A stretch of DNA of 64,000 nt from Archaeoglobus sp. (lineage in GTDB: Archaea; Halobacteriota; Archaeoglobi; Archaeoglobales; Archaeoglobaceae): contig NZ_JACDNT010000002.1 of assembly GCF_017656475.1 (NCBI RefSeq), positions 33,160 through 97,159 of the forward strand. Direction: 5' to 3'. The first letter of the stretch is position 1, and every line of letters starts with the position of its first letter. Positions 1-10,331 of this stretch are shown piece after piece. Made by a program: the position numbers and the translations under genes. The notes beneath the pieces were generated by a model, which had not been told where the DNA came from, did not search any database, and worked only from the letters and a program-made list of their open reading frames with translations.

Positions 1-1242
1 GTCCGGATGCAGAGATTTCTCAAGCGGCTTGAACTTATCTGGCATTTTTACAGATTCGATTTTCACACATTTTCCTGAGATAAACAGAGTAAAATCGTAC
101 GATGATAGCTTCATTTCCTTGTCAATTAGTACCTTGAAGGTCAGGTAAGTGCCATTAAAAATTTCAGCCTTTGATGGCTGAACGTACATTTTAACACTTT
201 TCTCCTCCTCTTTAACGATCCAGACATCCTTCTTTTGAAGGACGTCATCATCAGCCTGTATTATCCTCGAAAAGCTGTTGTCTGGAGGGAGGTCGTAGTA
301 GTTCTTTGCCAGGTCTGAGATTGATAGGGTTGAGGTTTTGGAGGTGTCTCTCACATAAACTGTGTACTTGCCCGCTTCCAGTCCAGCAGTCTCGAACTGC
401 ACTTTTGCTTTTCCGTTCTCGTCAAGGTAAACCTTCTTGTACATCACGGAGTTTTTACCGGCAAGCACAACCAGTATTCCATCATATTCAGCCTCCCCAA
501 TTCTGTTTGAACTGATGCTAACAGTTAACGGTTCTCCAACCTTAATTTTGTCTGGAGCAGAGAACTCAAATTCTGGTTCAACAATCAAGACCGATATTCT
601 CTTTGAGTCCCATACTTTCCCGCCATATTCAAGTTTTAAGTCAACAACATACTCTCCGGGCTTTACGGTATCAGCGATGTCTCCCGTTCTCTCATACATT
701 TCCCTCAAATTCAGGTCAAACTTTGCTGAGTAGATGTTGTCCTGCTCCTCAAAATCAGCAGTTTTTTCGTAGTACAGCTCGGCGTTGTTTCCGTAAAACC
801 TGAGCTTCAACTTCGCCGGATTTGCACTCTCCACCAGCACCTCCAGTTCGGTTCTGCTCTGATAAACAAGCTCCTTTAGCTCAAACTCCGTTATTTTCGG
901 TCTGATAACTTTGAAGTCTTCTACATGCTCTTCTGGCTCTGTGTCGTCAATCACAACCTTCAAATGGTAAGTTCCCTCCTCCCAGTCTTCCGGAATGATG
1001 AAAGTCCACTCTTCCCCGCATTTGTCGTAAATATCCTCTCCCTCATCAACGTGGCAGAGCAACTCACCATCATCCTCTCCCACAACAGCGATGTCAACTG
1101 ACCGATTTACATCCAGATAAACCTGAAATCTGACCTGATCTCCGAGATTTACACTCTCCTTGTCGATAAAGATGTTTACCTCCGCTGCAAAGGCAGGAGA
1201 AATTACAAGGATCAAAACGACAGCAAAGGCCAGCCACCTCAC
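1..1242 (-). CDS. Secreted Ig-like domain protein, paralog of the S-layer-like protein at 27769-30675; 3' end runs off the window
   Basis: Not in the ORF track; manual translation from GTG at 1242 is open to base 1 (MRWLAFAVVLILVISPAFA-AEVNIFIDKESVNLGDQV...). Has a signal peptide. YDGILVVLAGKN and ETAGLEAGKYTVYVRDTSKT match YDGIWVVFTGNN and ETAGYSPGTYKLYVRDTAKT of the 968-aa protein. Confidence 0.85.
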   Translation of the reverse strand, partial: MRWLAFAVVLILVISPAFAAEVNIFIDKESVNLGDQVRFQVYLDVNRSVDIAVVGEDDGELLCHVDEGEDIYDKCGEEWTFIIPEDWEEGTYHLKVVIDDTEPEEHVEDFKVIRPKITEFELKELVYQSRTELEVLVESANPAKLKLRFYGNNAELYYEKTADFEEQDNIYSAKFDLNLREMYERTGDIADTVKPGEYVVDLKLEYGGKVWDSKRISVLIVEPEFEFSAPDKIKVGEPLTVSISSNRIGEAEYDGILVVLAGKNSVMYKKVYLDENGKAKVQFETAGLEAGKYTVYVRDTSKTSTLSISDLAKNYYDLPPDNSFSRIIQADDDVLQKKDVWIVKEEEKSVKMYVQPSKAEIFNGTYLTFKVLIDKEMKLSSYDFTLFISGKCVKIESVKMPDKFKPLEKSLHPD

Positions 1243-1476
1243 GCAATGAGTTCCGTAGACCAATCTTAAAATTTTCTTTCAAAAAAGAAATTACCAAAGC
1301 TTAATGCCAGCAATAGACCATTCTGAAAATATTTTAATACGTGCATGTGAAGATACATCCCTTAAAGCTCGCTCAAGTTAAATTCTTGCTTTACACCTTA
1401 TCCAGCGATGATGATGCGACCGAAAATTTAAAATTTAGCATATACTCACTTCTTAAAAAGGAGGTAAAGCAAGAAG

Positions 1477-1782
1477 ATGTCGGAAATTTGCCCTGTTTGC
1501 GGACTGCCGAAAGATTTGTGCGTTTGCGAGGAAGTTGCGAAGGAGCAGCAGTTTATAGTGATTAAGACGGGCAAACGAAGATACGGTAAAGAGGTTACCA
1601 TCATTGAGGGAATAGACAAAGGAGAGATAAACCTGGAAGAGCTGGCTAAGTTTTTGAAGTCAAAGCTGGCATGTGGAGGTACTGTTAAGAACGGCGTGAT
1701 TGAGCTTCAGGGCAATCACGTAAACAGGGTTAAGGAGCTTCTGATAAAGAAGGGGTTCAATCCTGAGAGGATAAAGACCTAG
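1477..1782 (+). CDS. Translation initiation factor aIF1 (SUI1/YciH)
   Basis: CPVCGLP..LCVC N-terminus, [16 protein letters not shown] motif, GGAGGT SD upstream. Confidence 0.95.
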   Translation: MSEICPVCGLPKDLCVCEEVAKEQQFIVIKTGKRRYGKEVTIIEGIDKGEINLEELAKFLKSKLACGGTVKNGVIELQGNHVNRVKELLIKKGFNPERIKT

Positions 1783-2212
1783 AGGCGTAATCCATTATTT
1801 TTCTCATCATCTCAACATCAGCCTCTTTTTCTTTTAGCCTTAACTCGAAAATTTTCTCCCTGCATGCCATGTAAGCGTCGAAGGCGGTAAAGATTATCTC
1901 TTCAAACGTTTTGGCGAATTTCAATCTTTCCTCTGTTCTAAGATTTAGCTCATCAGCCATAAAATCCCTCAGATCGCAAAATAGCCTCATGCTGTCTCCC
2001 GGACTGAAGTTTCTATCAGTAGCGAGAAAGCGCATCACGTCATCCACTGCATCGCTCAAATCAGCCTCTTTCCCCTCGTAAAGGCTCAAAGCTCCATCGA
2101 CTATTTTTTCTGCCGCTTCCTGAAGAAAGCTGACTACCTCAAAGACCGGCTTTACGGGGTAGTTTATAAGGAGCTTATCAACCCACCACTCAACCACTTT
2201 TTTCCTGTCCAT
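1757..2212 (-). CDS. RsbRD-N / DsrT-like helical protein
   Basis: W..L..YP near the N-terminus, FSPGDSM, and C-terminal [19 protein letters not shown] resemble DsrT/RsbRD_N proteins. Confidence 0.6.
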   Translation of the reverse strand: MDRKKVVEWWVDKLLINYPVKPVFEVVSFLQEAAEKIVDGALSLYEGKEADLSDAVDDVMRFLATDRNFSPGDSMRLFCDLRDFMADELNLRTEERLKFAKTFEEIIFTAFDAYMACREKIFELRLKEKEADVEMMRKIMDYASRSLSSQD

Positions 2213-2271
2213 ATTCTTCTAATTGTCAGGCACCATAAGAAGATAACCTTTTAAGTTGCATTCTGCACTGC

Positions 2272-3984
2272 ATGCACATGAGCGAGATCATGGAGATGCT
2301 GATTCGCAGAGGGTATCTCTGGCAGTCTTTTGAGATATACGGAGGAATGGCAGGTTTTATTGATTACGCTCCTCTTGGTAACAACCTGAGAAGAAAGATT
2401 GAGAATATCTGGAGAAGGTACTTTGTGATTAACGAAAGAGCTGCGGAAATCGACACTCCAACGATAGGAATAGAGGAGGTCTTCATCGCCTCAGGACACG
2501 CTACATCCTTTACCGATGTGGCAATTGAGTGCGAAAGTTGCGGGAGGGTTTACAGAGCAGACCACTACGTCAAGGAGAAGCTCGGAATCGAGGTGGATGA
2601 GACGGTTGAGGCGGTTAAAGAGGTTATGGAGGTTTACGACCTGAAGTGTGAGTGTGGTGGGAAGTTCAAAGACCCCGCTCCCATGAACCTGATGTTCTCC
2701 ACCACCATCGGCCCCGGAAGGGGAAAGAAAGGCTATCTCCGCCCCGAAACGGCTCAGGGGATGTTCGTTGACTTCAAAAGGCTGGCGAACTTCTTCAGGG
2801 AGAAGCTTCCATTTGGTGTGGCCCAAATTGGTAGAGCATACAGAAACGAGATCAGTCCAAGACAGGGTGTAATAAGGTTAAGAGAGTTTAATCAGGCGGA
2901 GCTGGAGTTTTTCGTTCATCCTGGAGAAAAGAAACATCCGAACTTCAGCCTTTACGCCAACGATGTTGTCAGGCTGGTTGATAAATTTGATAATGAGCAT
3001 GAAATGAAGCTTGAGGAAGCGGTTGAGAAAGGCATTATAGCAAACCAGATTCTTGCTTACTTCATCGGAAAAACAAGGCGTTTTCTGCTGGAGATTGGCA
3101 TTAAGGATGAAAAGCTTAGGTTCAGGCAGCACAAGGATGACGAGAGGGCTCACTACGCAACAGACTGCTGGGATGCTGAAGTTTTGACCAGCTACGGGTG
3201 GATTGAGATTGTTGGAATTGCAGACAGAACAGACTACGACCTGAAGAGGCACAGCAAGTACAGCGGTGAGGATCTGAGCGTGTTCGTGCCATACGAGGAG
3301 CCGGTAAAGGTTAGAAAGAGAAAAATCGTTCCGATTCTGAGCAAACTTGGCCCCGTTTTCAGGCAGAAGGCCAAGAAGGTTGCTGAAGCTCTTGAGTCCC
3401 TGAACGTTGAATCGGAGCCGGAAGAGGTTGAGGTAGAGGTTGATGGGGAGAAGATAAAAGTAACAAAGGAGTTCTTTGAAGTTCAGGACGTTGAGGAGGA
3501 AGTTGTGGGGGAGAAGGTTATCCCGCACGTTATCGAGCCTTCCTTCGGGCTGGATAGAATCACCTACTCAGTTCTTGAGCATTCATTCGACAAAGATGTT
3601 GTCGACGGGGAGGAGAGGAGAGTTCTAAGGCTGAAGAGGTGGGTCAGCCCGATAGAGGTCGCTGTCCTTCCTCTTCTTTCCAGAGAACCTTTCGAGTCAA
3701 AGGCGATGGAAATTGTCCAGATTCTCAGAGAAAATGGAATTTTCACAGACTATGACGATTCGGGGAGCATAGGAAGAAGGTACAGGCGATATGACGAAAT
3801 AGGGACTCCATTCTGCATCACCACCGACCACCAGACATTTGAGGATGACACAGTAACCATAAGAGACAGAGACACCACCTCTCAGGTTAGAGTTAAGGTT
3901 TCCAAACTTCCGGAAATACTGAAAGAATTGCTGAGGAGTGAGAGGGATATAACAGAGTTCGGAGAAGTCTTCAGGCAGGTGTAA
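2272..3984 (+). CDS. glyS: Glycine--tRNA ligase (archaeal/eukaryotic alpha2 type)
   Basis: YLRPETAQG, RNEISPRQG..RLREF, VIEPSFGLDRI, anticodon domain GSIGRRYRRYDEIGTPF. Confidence 0.97.
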   Translation: MHMSEIMEMLIRRGYLWQSFEIYGGMAGFIDYAPLGNNLRRKIENIWRRYFVINERAAEIDTPTIGIEEVFIASGHATSFTDVAIECESCGRVYRADHYVKEKLGIEVDETVEAVKEVMEVYDLKCECGGKFKDPAPMNLMFSTTIGPGRGKKGYLRPETAQGMFVDFKRLANFFREKLPFGVAQIGRAYRNEISPRQGVIRLREFNQAELEFFVHPGEKKHPNFSLYANDVVRLVDKFDNEHEMKLEEAVEKGIIANQILAYFIGKTRRFLLEIGIKDEKLRFRQHKDDERAHYATDCWDAEVLTSYGWIEIVGIADRTDYDLKRHSKYSGEDLSVFVPYEEPVKVRKRKIVPILSKLGPVFRQKAKKVAEALESLNVESEPEEVEVEVDGEKIKVTKEFFEVQDVEEEVVGEKVIPHVIEPSFGLDRITYSVLEHSFDKDVVDGEERRVLRLKRWVSPIEVAVLPLLSREPFESKAMEIVQILRENGIFTDYDDSGSIGRRYRRYDEIGTPFCITTDHQTFEDDTVTIRDRDTTSQVRVKVSKLPEILKELLRSERDITEFGEVFRQV

Positions 3985-3987
3985 ACT

Positions 3988-4878
3988 TTGCTCGTCCTCT
4001 CAGGAGGGACTGGGACACCAAAACTCCTTCAAGGACTAAAGGAGGTAGCAGACTTCTGGGTTGTTGTAAACACAGCCGAGGATGTCTGGGTGTCTGGAAA
4101 CAAAATCTGTCCCGACATCGACTCCGTCATCTACGCTCTTGCTGAAGTTATCGACGATGAGAAGTGGTGGGGGATAAAAGGAGATACCTTCTACACTCAT
4201 CAAAGGCTGAAGACTCTTGGCTTCGATGAGGGAATGATGATTGGTGACTTGGACAGGGCAACGCATATTCTGCGAAGCGAGGTTCTGAGGGCCGGAAAAT
4301 CGCTTTGTGATGCCACGAAGACTGTTGCGAATGCTTACGGAGTAAGGCATGAGATATTTCCGATGTGTGAAGAGGAGATTTCGACCATCGTTGTTACCGA
4401 TGAAGGGGAGATGCACTTTCAGGAGTTCTGGGTGGTCAGGAAAGGGGAGCCGGAGGTTAAAGACGTTTACTTCAAAGGCATTGAAAGGGCAAAAATCCCG
4501 GAGGAGGTTAAGAAGAGGCTGGAAAAGGAGAATGAGGTTCTTATCGGTCCGAGCAATCCAATCACGAGCATTATGCCGATTTTGAGCATTGAGGACTTCA
4601 GAGAGAGATTGAGAGATAAGAGGGCCATTGCCATCTCGCCTATAATCGGAAAAGCTCCGGTAAGCGGTCCTGCAGGGAAACTGATGAGGGCGAAGGGCTA
4701 CGAAGTATCGCCAAAAGGTGTGGCGGACGTTTACGCGGACTTTCTCGACCTTCTTGTGGTTGATGAAGCGGATGAGGGTGTGATCGAGAAAAGTGTCGCA
4801 ACAAACACGATAATGAAAAGCAAAGAAGACGCGATAAGACTTGGAGAATTTGTGGTCAGGCTTTTTGACAGATTATGA
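3988..4878 (+). CDS. cofD: 2-phospho-L-lactate transferase (F420 biosynthesis)
   Basis: [53 protein letters not shown]. Confidence 0.93.
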   Translation: MLVLSGGTGTPKLLQGLKEVADFWVVVNTAEDVWVSGNKICPDIDSVIYALAEVIDDEKWWGIKGDTFYTHQRLKTLGFDEGMMIGDLDRATHILRSEVLRAGKSLCDATKTVANAYGVRHEIFPMCEEEISTIVVTDEGEMHFQEFWVVRKGEPEVKDVYFKGIERAKIPEEVKKRLEKENEVLIGPSNPITSIMPILSIEDFRERLRDKRAIAISPIIGKAPVSGPAGKLMRAKGYEVSPKGVADVYADFLDLLVVDEADEGVIEKSVATNTIMKSKEDAIRLGEFVVRLFDRL

Positions 4879-4888
4879 CTGATAGACT

Positions 4889-5743
4889 ATGACTCTGATA
4901 AACGCTGCAAAAATCAGAAAGTTTTTGGAAAACCTTCCGTATCCGGCACACTGTATTCACTGCCAAGGTATTGACGAGAAGGCTGAGAATCCTGTCCACC
5001 ATCCGAGTTACGAAGTCACCCCCTCCTGCAATCTGAGGTGCATTTTCTGCTACTCAAGGATTGCGGAATTGAAGGGTGCAGCACCAAAACCCGGCTACTA
5101 CGGCTCGCTGAATCCAAAAGCGATCACGATCTCCCAGTACGGCGAGCCATTCGTTGTCGGGACTGAAAGAGTTGTTAAAATCATCAGGAAGCTGAGGGAA
5201 AGGTTTGGAGAGGTGAGGATTGACATCCAGACAAATGGGACCCTCCTCGATCCCGAAATTCTTGGAAATGAGGCGGACATAGTGATGATCAGTCTCGACG
5301 CGGGAAGCAGGGAGAGCTATGTGGAGATCGCGGGCAGAGACTACTTCAAAAAAGTTGTTGAGAATATAAGGAGAATGTCAGAGCAAACTTACACCGCTGT
5401 CAGAACAGTTTTCATGCCCGGTGTTAACGACTACGAGCTTGAGAGGATTGCGGAGATTGCCTCAATTGCTGAAGAGCTTTTCCTTCAACCAATCTCAATC
5501 TACAGGGAGAACACCGAGCTTATGAGAAGGCTTGACGTTGAAAGGGCTGAGAGCCTTGGAGAGTACATCAAAACTGCATATAGGCTTTCAGAAATTGCAG
5601 AAGTCAGAATACCGGGATGTCTGCTCCTGAACATGCGCTGGTTTTTGAAAGAATACGATGTAGGAGATCTTCTGCTCGTCAGAAGGGATGCTTTCGGAAG
5701 CATGCCGATAATGCAGAGAGACTGGCAGTTCAGCTTCGATTAA
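4889..5743 (+). CDS. Radical SAM protein of unknown function
   Basis: CNLRCIFC (CX3CX2C), SQYGEP, QTNG, MISLDA; extra N-terminal HCIHC. Confidence 0.9.
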   Translation: MTLINAAKIRKFLENLPYPAHCIHCQGIDEKAENPVHHPSYEVTPSCNLRCIFCYSRIAELKGAAPKPGYYGSLNPKAITISQYGEPFVVGTERVVKIIRKLRERFGEVRIDIQTNGTLLDPEILGNEADIVMISLDAGSRESYVEIAGRDYFKKVVENIRRMSEQTYTAVRTVFMPGVNDYELERIAEIASIAEELFLQPISIYRENTELMRRLDVERAESLGEYIKTAYRLSEIAEVRIPGCLLLNMRWFLKEYDVGDLLLVRRDAFGSMPIMQRDWQFSFD

Positions 5744-5772
5744 ACTTATTTTCCCTCAACCATACTTACGTT

Positions 5773-6228
5773 ATGAGGTTCGCTGCTGTAAGCGATACGC
5801 ATGACAACCTGACTGCCGTAAGGGAACTTATTGAAGCTTTGAAGAGGGAGAAGCTGGACTTTGTTGTGCACGCGGGTGATGTAATCGCTCCATTCTCCCT
5901 GAAAGAGTTCGAGAAGCTCGGAGTGAAGCTGTACGTTGCCTTCGGGAACAACGATGGAGAGAGAAAAATTCTAACGGAGATAGCAAATCGAAACGGGTGG
6001 GAGATCGGAGATGTTGTTGAATTTCCTGGTGGTGTTGTTTACCACGGCACGGACAGCAGAATACTGGAGATACTGAAAAAGCTCGACACACTCGTCGTTT
6101 TTGGGCACACTCATGAAGTCCTGAAGTCTGAAAACCTCCTGAATCCGGGAGAGGTCTGCGGGTACCTTACGGGAAGGAGAACGTATGCCATAATCGAGGA
6201 TGGTGAAATCAGCATAGTGGAGCTTTAG
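5773..6228 (+). CDS. YfcE/MJ0936-family metallophosphoesterase
   Basis: SDTHDN, HAGD, GNND, GHTH, NPGE motifs; start moved to MRFAAV. Confidence 0.9.
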   Translation: MRFAAVSDTHDNLTAVRELIEALKREKLDFVVHAGDVIAPFSLKEFEKLGVKLYVAFGNNDGERKILTEIANRNGWEIGDVVEFPGGVVYHGTDSRILEILKKLDTLVVFGHTHEVLKSENLLNPGEVCGYLTGRRTYAIIEDGEISIVEL

Positions 6229-6264
6229 GGCTAAAGTTAAAAAACTGCCAATTGGTGTTAGTCC

Positions 6265-7557
6265 ATGCGAGTTTACACTGCTGACATAAAGCCCGAAATG
6301 GAAGGTCAGAAGGTCAAGCTGTACGGATGGGTTCACGAAGTTCGCGATCTTGGTGGATTGGTGTTTATACTGCTCAGGGATAGAGAGGGCATCGTTCAGA
6401 TTACATTACCAAGAAAGTTCGTAAGCAAGCAGGTTTTCAAGCTTGCCAAGAAGATTAGGAGAGAGAGCATTATCGCAGTGTTTGGAGAAGTCAGAAGAGA
6501 GGAGAAAGCTCCGGGAGGAGTTGAGATAATTCCCGAATCCATAGAGGTTCTCAACGAGGCTGATGCACCTCTACCGCTTGAGGTCACCGAGAAGGTTCCG
6601 GCAGAGCTTGACACACGCCTTGACCACCGCTTCATGGACTTGAGGAGGCCCAGAGTACAGGCGATTTTCCGAATAAGGCATCAGGTGTTGCAGACTGTCA
6701 GAGAATTCCTGTCTAAAGAAGGTTTCATAGAAGTTCACACGCCAAAAATCGTATCAACAGCAACAGAAGGAGGCACAGACCTTTTTCCAATCAGCTACTT
6801 CGAGAAAGAGGCTTTCCTCAACCAGAGTCCCCAGCTTTACAAGCAGGTTCTTATGGCCGCGGGTTTTGAGAAAGTATTTGAGATAGGGCCCATATTCAGG
6901 GCGGAGGAGCACAACACTACTCGCCATCTCAACGAGGCAATATCCATCGACATTGAGATGAGCTTTACCGACCACAACGGTGTAATGGATATTCTGGAGA
7001 GGCTCGTTCACAAGGTCTATGTTGACGTTGCTGAAAAATGCGAGCGTTACTTGAACTGGCTTGAAATAAGTCTTGAAATTCCCGAACTGCCCTTCCAGAG
7101 GATAACGTACGATGAGGCGAGAGAAATTGCCGCAAGGAAAGGCGAAGAGATTCCGTGGGGTGAGGACTTGAGCACCAACGCGTTAAAGTTCATCGGAGAG
7201 GAGATCGGAGGGCTGTACTTCATCACCGACTGGCCCACAGAGTCGAAGCCATTCTACGCCATGCCCTACGAGGACAGACCTGAAATCAGCAAGAGCTTCG
7301 ATTTGATGCACGACTGGCTTGAGCTTTCGAGCGGGGCGCAGAGAATTCACCTTTACGACATGCTGGTGGAGAGTATGAAGTCCAAGGGATTGGAACCTGA
7401 GAGCTTCGGTTTCTATTTAGAGGCTTTCCGCTACGGCATGCCACCCCACGCCGGCTGGGGACTTGGGGCAGAAAGGCTAATCATGTCGATGCTCGGCCTG
7501 AAAAATGTGAGGGAGGCGGTTCTGTTTCCGAGGGACAGGCACAGGCTCGTTCCGTAA
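6265..7557 (+). CDS. aspS: Aspartate--tRNA(Asp/Asn) ligase, probably non-discriminating
   Basis: [44 protein letters not shown]. Confidence 0.96.
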   Translation: MRVYTADIKPEMEGQKVKLYGWVHEVRDLGGLVFILLRDREGIVQITLPRKFVSKQVFKLAKKIRRESIIAVFGEVRREEKAPGGVEIIPESIEVLNEADAPLPLEVTEKVPAELDTRLDHRFMDLRRPRVQAIFRIRHQVLQTVREFLSKEGFIEVHTPKIVSTATEGGTDLFPISYFEKEAFLNQSPQLYKQVLMAAGFEKVFEIGPIFRAEEHNTTRHLNEAISIDIEMSFTDHNGVMDILERLVHKVYVDVAEKCERYLNWLEISLEIPELPFQRITYDEAREIAARKGEEIPWGEDLSTNALKFIGEEIGGLYFITDWPTESKPFYAMPYEDRPEISKSFDLMHDWLELSSGAQRIHLYDMLVESMKSKGLEPESFGFYLEAFRYGMPPHAGWGLGAERLIMSMLGLKNVREAVLFPRDRHRLVP

Positions 7558-7623
7558 TTGCAGAATTGAACAAATTTCTCAAAACCTCTTTGACTTTATT
7601 TTTCGAACAATTTACCAAATTTT

Positions 7624-7800
7624 ATGCCCGCGGTGATTGATGCTGCAAGATGTGATGGGTGTGGACTTTGCATTCCAGAATGCAAGGGAAATGCCATCCA
7701 CCTCAACGGAAGCAAGGCCTACGTCGATGAGGATGCCTGCATGGAGTGCGGAGCTTGTGTTAGAGCCTGCCCGAACAACGCAATCAGCGTGGAGTGGTAA
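7624..7800 (+). CDS. 2[4Fe-4S] ferredoxin (58 aa)
   Basis: Below the ORF-track cutoff; manual translation MPAVIDAARCDGCGLCIPECKGNAI...CMECGACVRACPNNAISVEW with two CxxCxxCxxxC motifs. Confidence 0.93.
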   Translation: MPAVIDAARCDGCGLCIPECKGNAIHLNGSKAYVDEDACMECGACVRACPNNAISVEW

Positions 7801-7918
7801 GGGCACGATAAGATTGATACTAGATGCAAAGACTTTAGACACAACAAAAAAACGCTTACTCTAACTTAGGAAGATTAAAGGGAAAATACATCAAAAAATT
7901 AAAAAGAGCTTGATCAAA

Positions 7919-8272
7919 CTACCATGGGTGAGTTCCAACAACGACCTGCTTGCCAAAAGTTTTTTCAATCATTTCTTTGATCTTGTTTACGTCGCCGTAA
8001 GGACAGTTGCCTTTCTCGTTCGCGACTACGATGCATTTACCTATGAACACTGTATCGTAGTCATCCAACCCCTCTATCCATTTGTTGAACAGCTTTATCT
8101 TAGGAACGATGTAGCCGGGACAGCCGCCACAGCCGACCAAGCCCACAATATCGACCTTGTCGAACTTCTCGAACTCGCCCTTACCCTCTCTTGCTGCTGT
8201 GAAGCACCTCTGGCAGCCGATGCAATACCTGTCCCTACAGTTATCGCAGCACAGAATAATAGCCTTCACCAT
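7919..8272 (-). CDS. CGGC-domain protein (putative metal-binding)
   Basis: C..C..CF, GCGGCPG, CPY, terminal GTH; start MVKAII after a GAGGTG SD. Confidence 0.85.
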   Translation of the reverse strand: MVKAIILCCDNCRDRYCIGCQRCFTAAREGKGEFEKFDKVDIVGLVGCGGCPGYIVPKIKLFNKWIEGLDDYDTVFIGKCIVVANEKGNCPYGDVNKIKEMIEKTFGKQVVVGTHPW

Positions 8273-8531
8273 TCCGACCACCTCGATAACAAATTTTTGC
8301 AATATTACAAAACTTTTTCTACTTATTTCGATTAAAATTTAATTATTAAATCTTAAGGAAGTTCTCGAAATCATTTCAGGTAAGAATTGCTACTCTTGCA
8401 ACCGTGAGGGGTAAACTGAGAGAATATCCAAATATGATCAAAATCTAAGCCTGAGGGCAACAACGAGTTGTTAGGTTGAAGGACATTCGAAGCCTGAAAA
8501 ACTTATTAAATTTCAATCCCTATAAAATTTT

Positions 8532-8951
8532 ATGGAAGAGTATGAGGAAATTCTCAGCATTGTCGGTTCTGCCCCGTGGTACAGGCTTACTGGCATGATC
8601 CCGAAGTTGCATGGAGATAGAGTCGTTGTGGAGATGGAAATTGACAAAAGCAAGCACATTCAGGCTCTCGGCACAGCTCACGGAGGAGCGATTGCCAGCG
8701 TTCTCGATTCTGCCATTGGTCTCAACGTCAACAGAGAGGTTGTTAAGAGGGGGAAAACTGCAGTAACAGCACAGCTAAACATCCACTACATTCGGCCAGT
8801 TACAGAAGGCAAGATTGTGGGCGTGGGAATGCCGGTGCACATAGGCTCTAAGGTCACGGTTGGTTACGGAGAGGTGAGAAACGAGGATGGAGAGCTTGTT
8901 GCTACGGGAACCGCAACCTTCTACATAATCGAGAGGAAGTTTAAGGATTGA
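8532..8951 (+). other. PaaI-family hotdog-fold thioesterase
   Basis: HGGAIASVLDSAIG, TAQLNIHYIRP, ATGTATF. Confidence 0.9.
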
Positions 8952-9705
8952 GCAGCTCTCCCTTTACCTTCTTCAAATATTCCACAATTCCGTCTACAGC
9001 CTCCGCAAGTATCTTGGAGTTGTCGTACTTCTCGACAATTTCCCTCAGCCTCTCCTTTTCCCAGTCCCTCATCTCTTCAGCAATCTCAACCATTTTCGGG
9101 AAGGCTCTGATGATGTTGTCAACAATCGTGATGTCAGCCATTCTGGCAGTTCTGGAGAGGGGATTTAAGTCGACAGCTATCACCTTCTTTCCGTGCTTCT
9201 TCAGAATCTCACACCTGTCCCCATCCTCCAATGGCACGAGGACAACATCAGCAATAAGTATTCCTCTGCTGTCAACTATTCTTCTCGCCGATTCAAGGCC
9301 TTCAAGCTCTGCATCGCCTGCGGCAAGCACTTCAATCCCATACCTCTCAAGATAGTTCTTGATTTTCTCGACCCTCTCGGGAGTGTGGTGGAAAACATTG
9401 ATTTCCACTTTTGCATTTACGAACTCTGCAAGCCTCTTTGTTTCTTCTGGCACCAGAACTGCCGTGTTACCATTTACGGAGATAACAGGATGCTTTGCAA
9501 GGAGCATTAAAGCCACCGCAGCTCTCTCAGCCTTCAAAGCGAAATCTCTGGTCATTTCGCCGAGGATATAGTCAAAAGCCTCCCCTCTACCGTGAGCTAT
9601 CAGTCCCTGCATTGCAGTAACCCCTAATTTTACCCCTTCAACCAGCTTTTCCCTCGTTACCAAGGATGCGTACCTTGGATGGCTCTTCGGAATCTTCTTC
9701 ATCAC
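8941..9705 (-). CDS. 4-phosphopantoate--beta-alanine ligase (archaeal CoA pathway)
   Basis: IPKSHPRY.SL, GLIAHGRGEAFDY, ISVNGN, VPLEDGDR, DLNPLSRT. Confidence 0.93.
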   Translation of the reverse strand: MMKKIPKSHPRYASLVTREKLVEGVKLGVTAMQGLIAHGRGEAFDYILGEMTRDFALKAERAAVALMLLAKHPVISVNGNTAVLVPEETKRLAEFVNAKVEINVFHHTPERVEKIKNYLERYGIEVLAAGDAELEGLESARRIVDSRGILIADVVLVPLEDGDRCEILKKHGKKVIAVDLNPLSRTARMADITIVDNIIRAFPKMVEIAEEMRDWEKERLREIVEKYDNSKILAEAVDGIVEYLKKVKGELLNP

Positions 9706-10331
9706 CTCACCTCAAGGAAGTCTGCAAGCTCTTTCAGGGATTCAAAAACGTAATCTGCATGCTGGATAAAAGACTTTGCCATCTCCTTGTTTCTCTCTGT
9801 CAATATTAAGGCGGCTTTTGCTCCGGCAGCTTTTCCAGAGAGGATGTCAAAGAGAAAGTCCCCAACCATAAGGGCCCTTGAAGGTTTAACATCGAACATC
9901 TTCAACGCCAGAATGAGCGGTTCTGGAGAGGGTTTTGGCTTTGCATCTTCTCTTCCAATGATAAAGTCAAAGTTGAATCCAAGCCTTTCAGCCACTATCT
10001 CAGCACTCCTTCTGCTGTTTCTCGTAATAACGCCCTTTATGACATCAAGCCCGTTAACAAGCTCTACAGCGTAATAAGCAGGTCTAGCTTCCATCGCGCA
10101 CTTCAACTCATAACTCTCAAGAATTCTGAACATTTCCTGTCTTCTCTGCATATCGCTCTCTTCCATTATTGACTCAAGAATAAACCGTCCCTTAATCCCA
10201 AGTTCTCTCCTTATCTCGTCGAAGGGTATGTTAAGCTCGATAAGTGTGCCGTCTAAATCAAAGGCAACAAGCTCAAATTTCGAGGAGTTGTCTGAACTTT
10301 CTGGCTTCTTCTGCTGGATTTCTTGAATCAT
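9702..10331 (-). CDS. HAD-family hydrolase
   Basis: [24 protein letters not shown]; start uncertain because it overlaps pyrF. Confidence 0.85.
   Translation of the reverse strand: MIQEIQQKKPESSDNSSKFELVAFDLDGTLIELNIPFDEIRRELGIKGRFILESIMEESDMQRRQEMFRILESYELKCAMEARPAYYAVELVNGLDVIKGVITRNSRRSAEIVAERLGFNFDFIIGREDAKPKPSPEPLILALKMFDVKPSRALMVGDFLFDILSGKAAGAKAALILTERNKEMAKSFIQHADYVFESLKELADFLEVR

Noticed and set aside
1341-1440. ATGATGA C-box-like motif suggesting a C/D sRNA
   Set aside because: No suitably spaced CTGA D box
8430-8500. ATGATCA...CTGA...CTGA possible C/D sRNA
   Set aside because: Degenerate C box, no C' box, poor spacing
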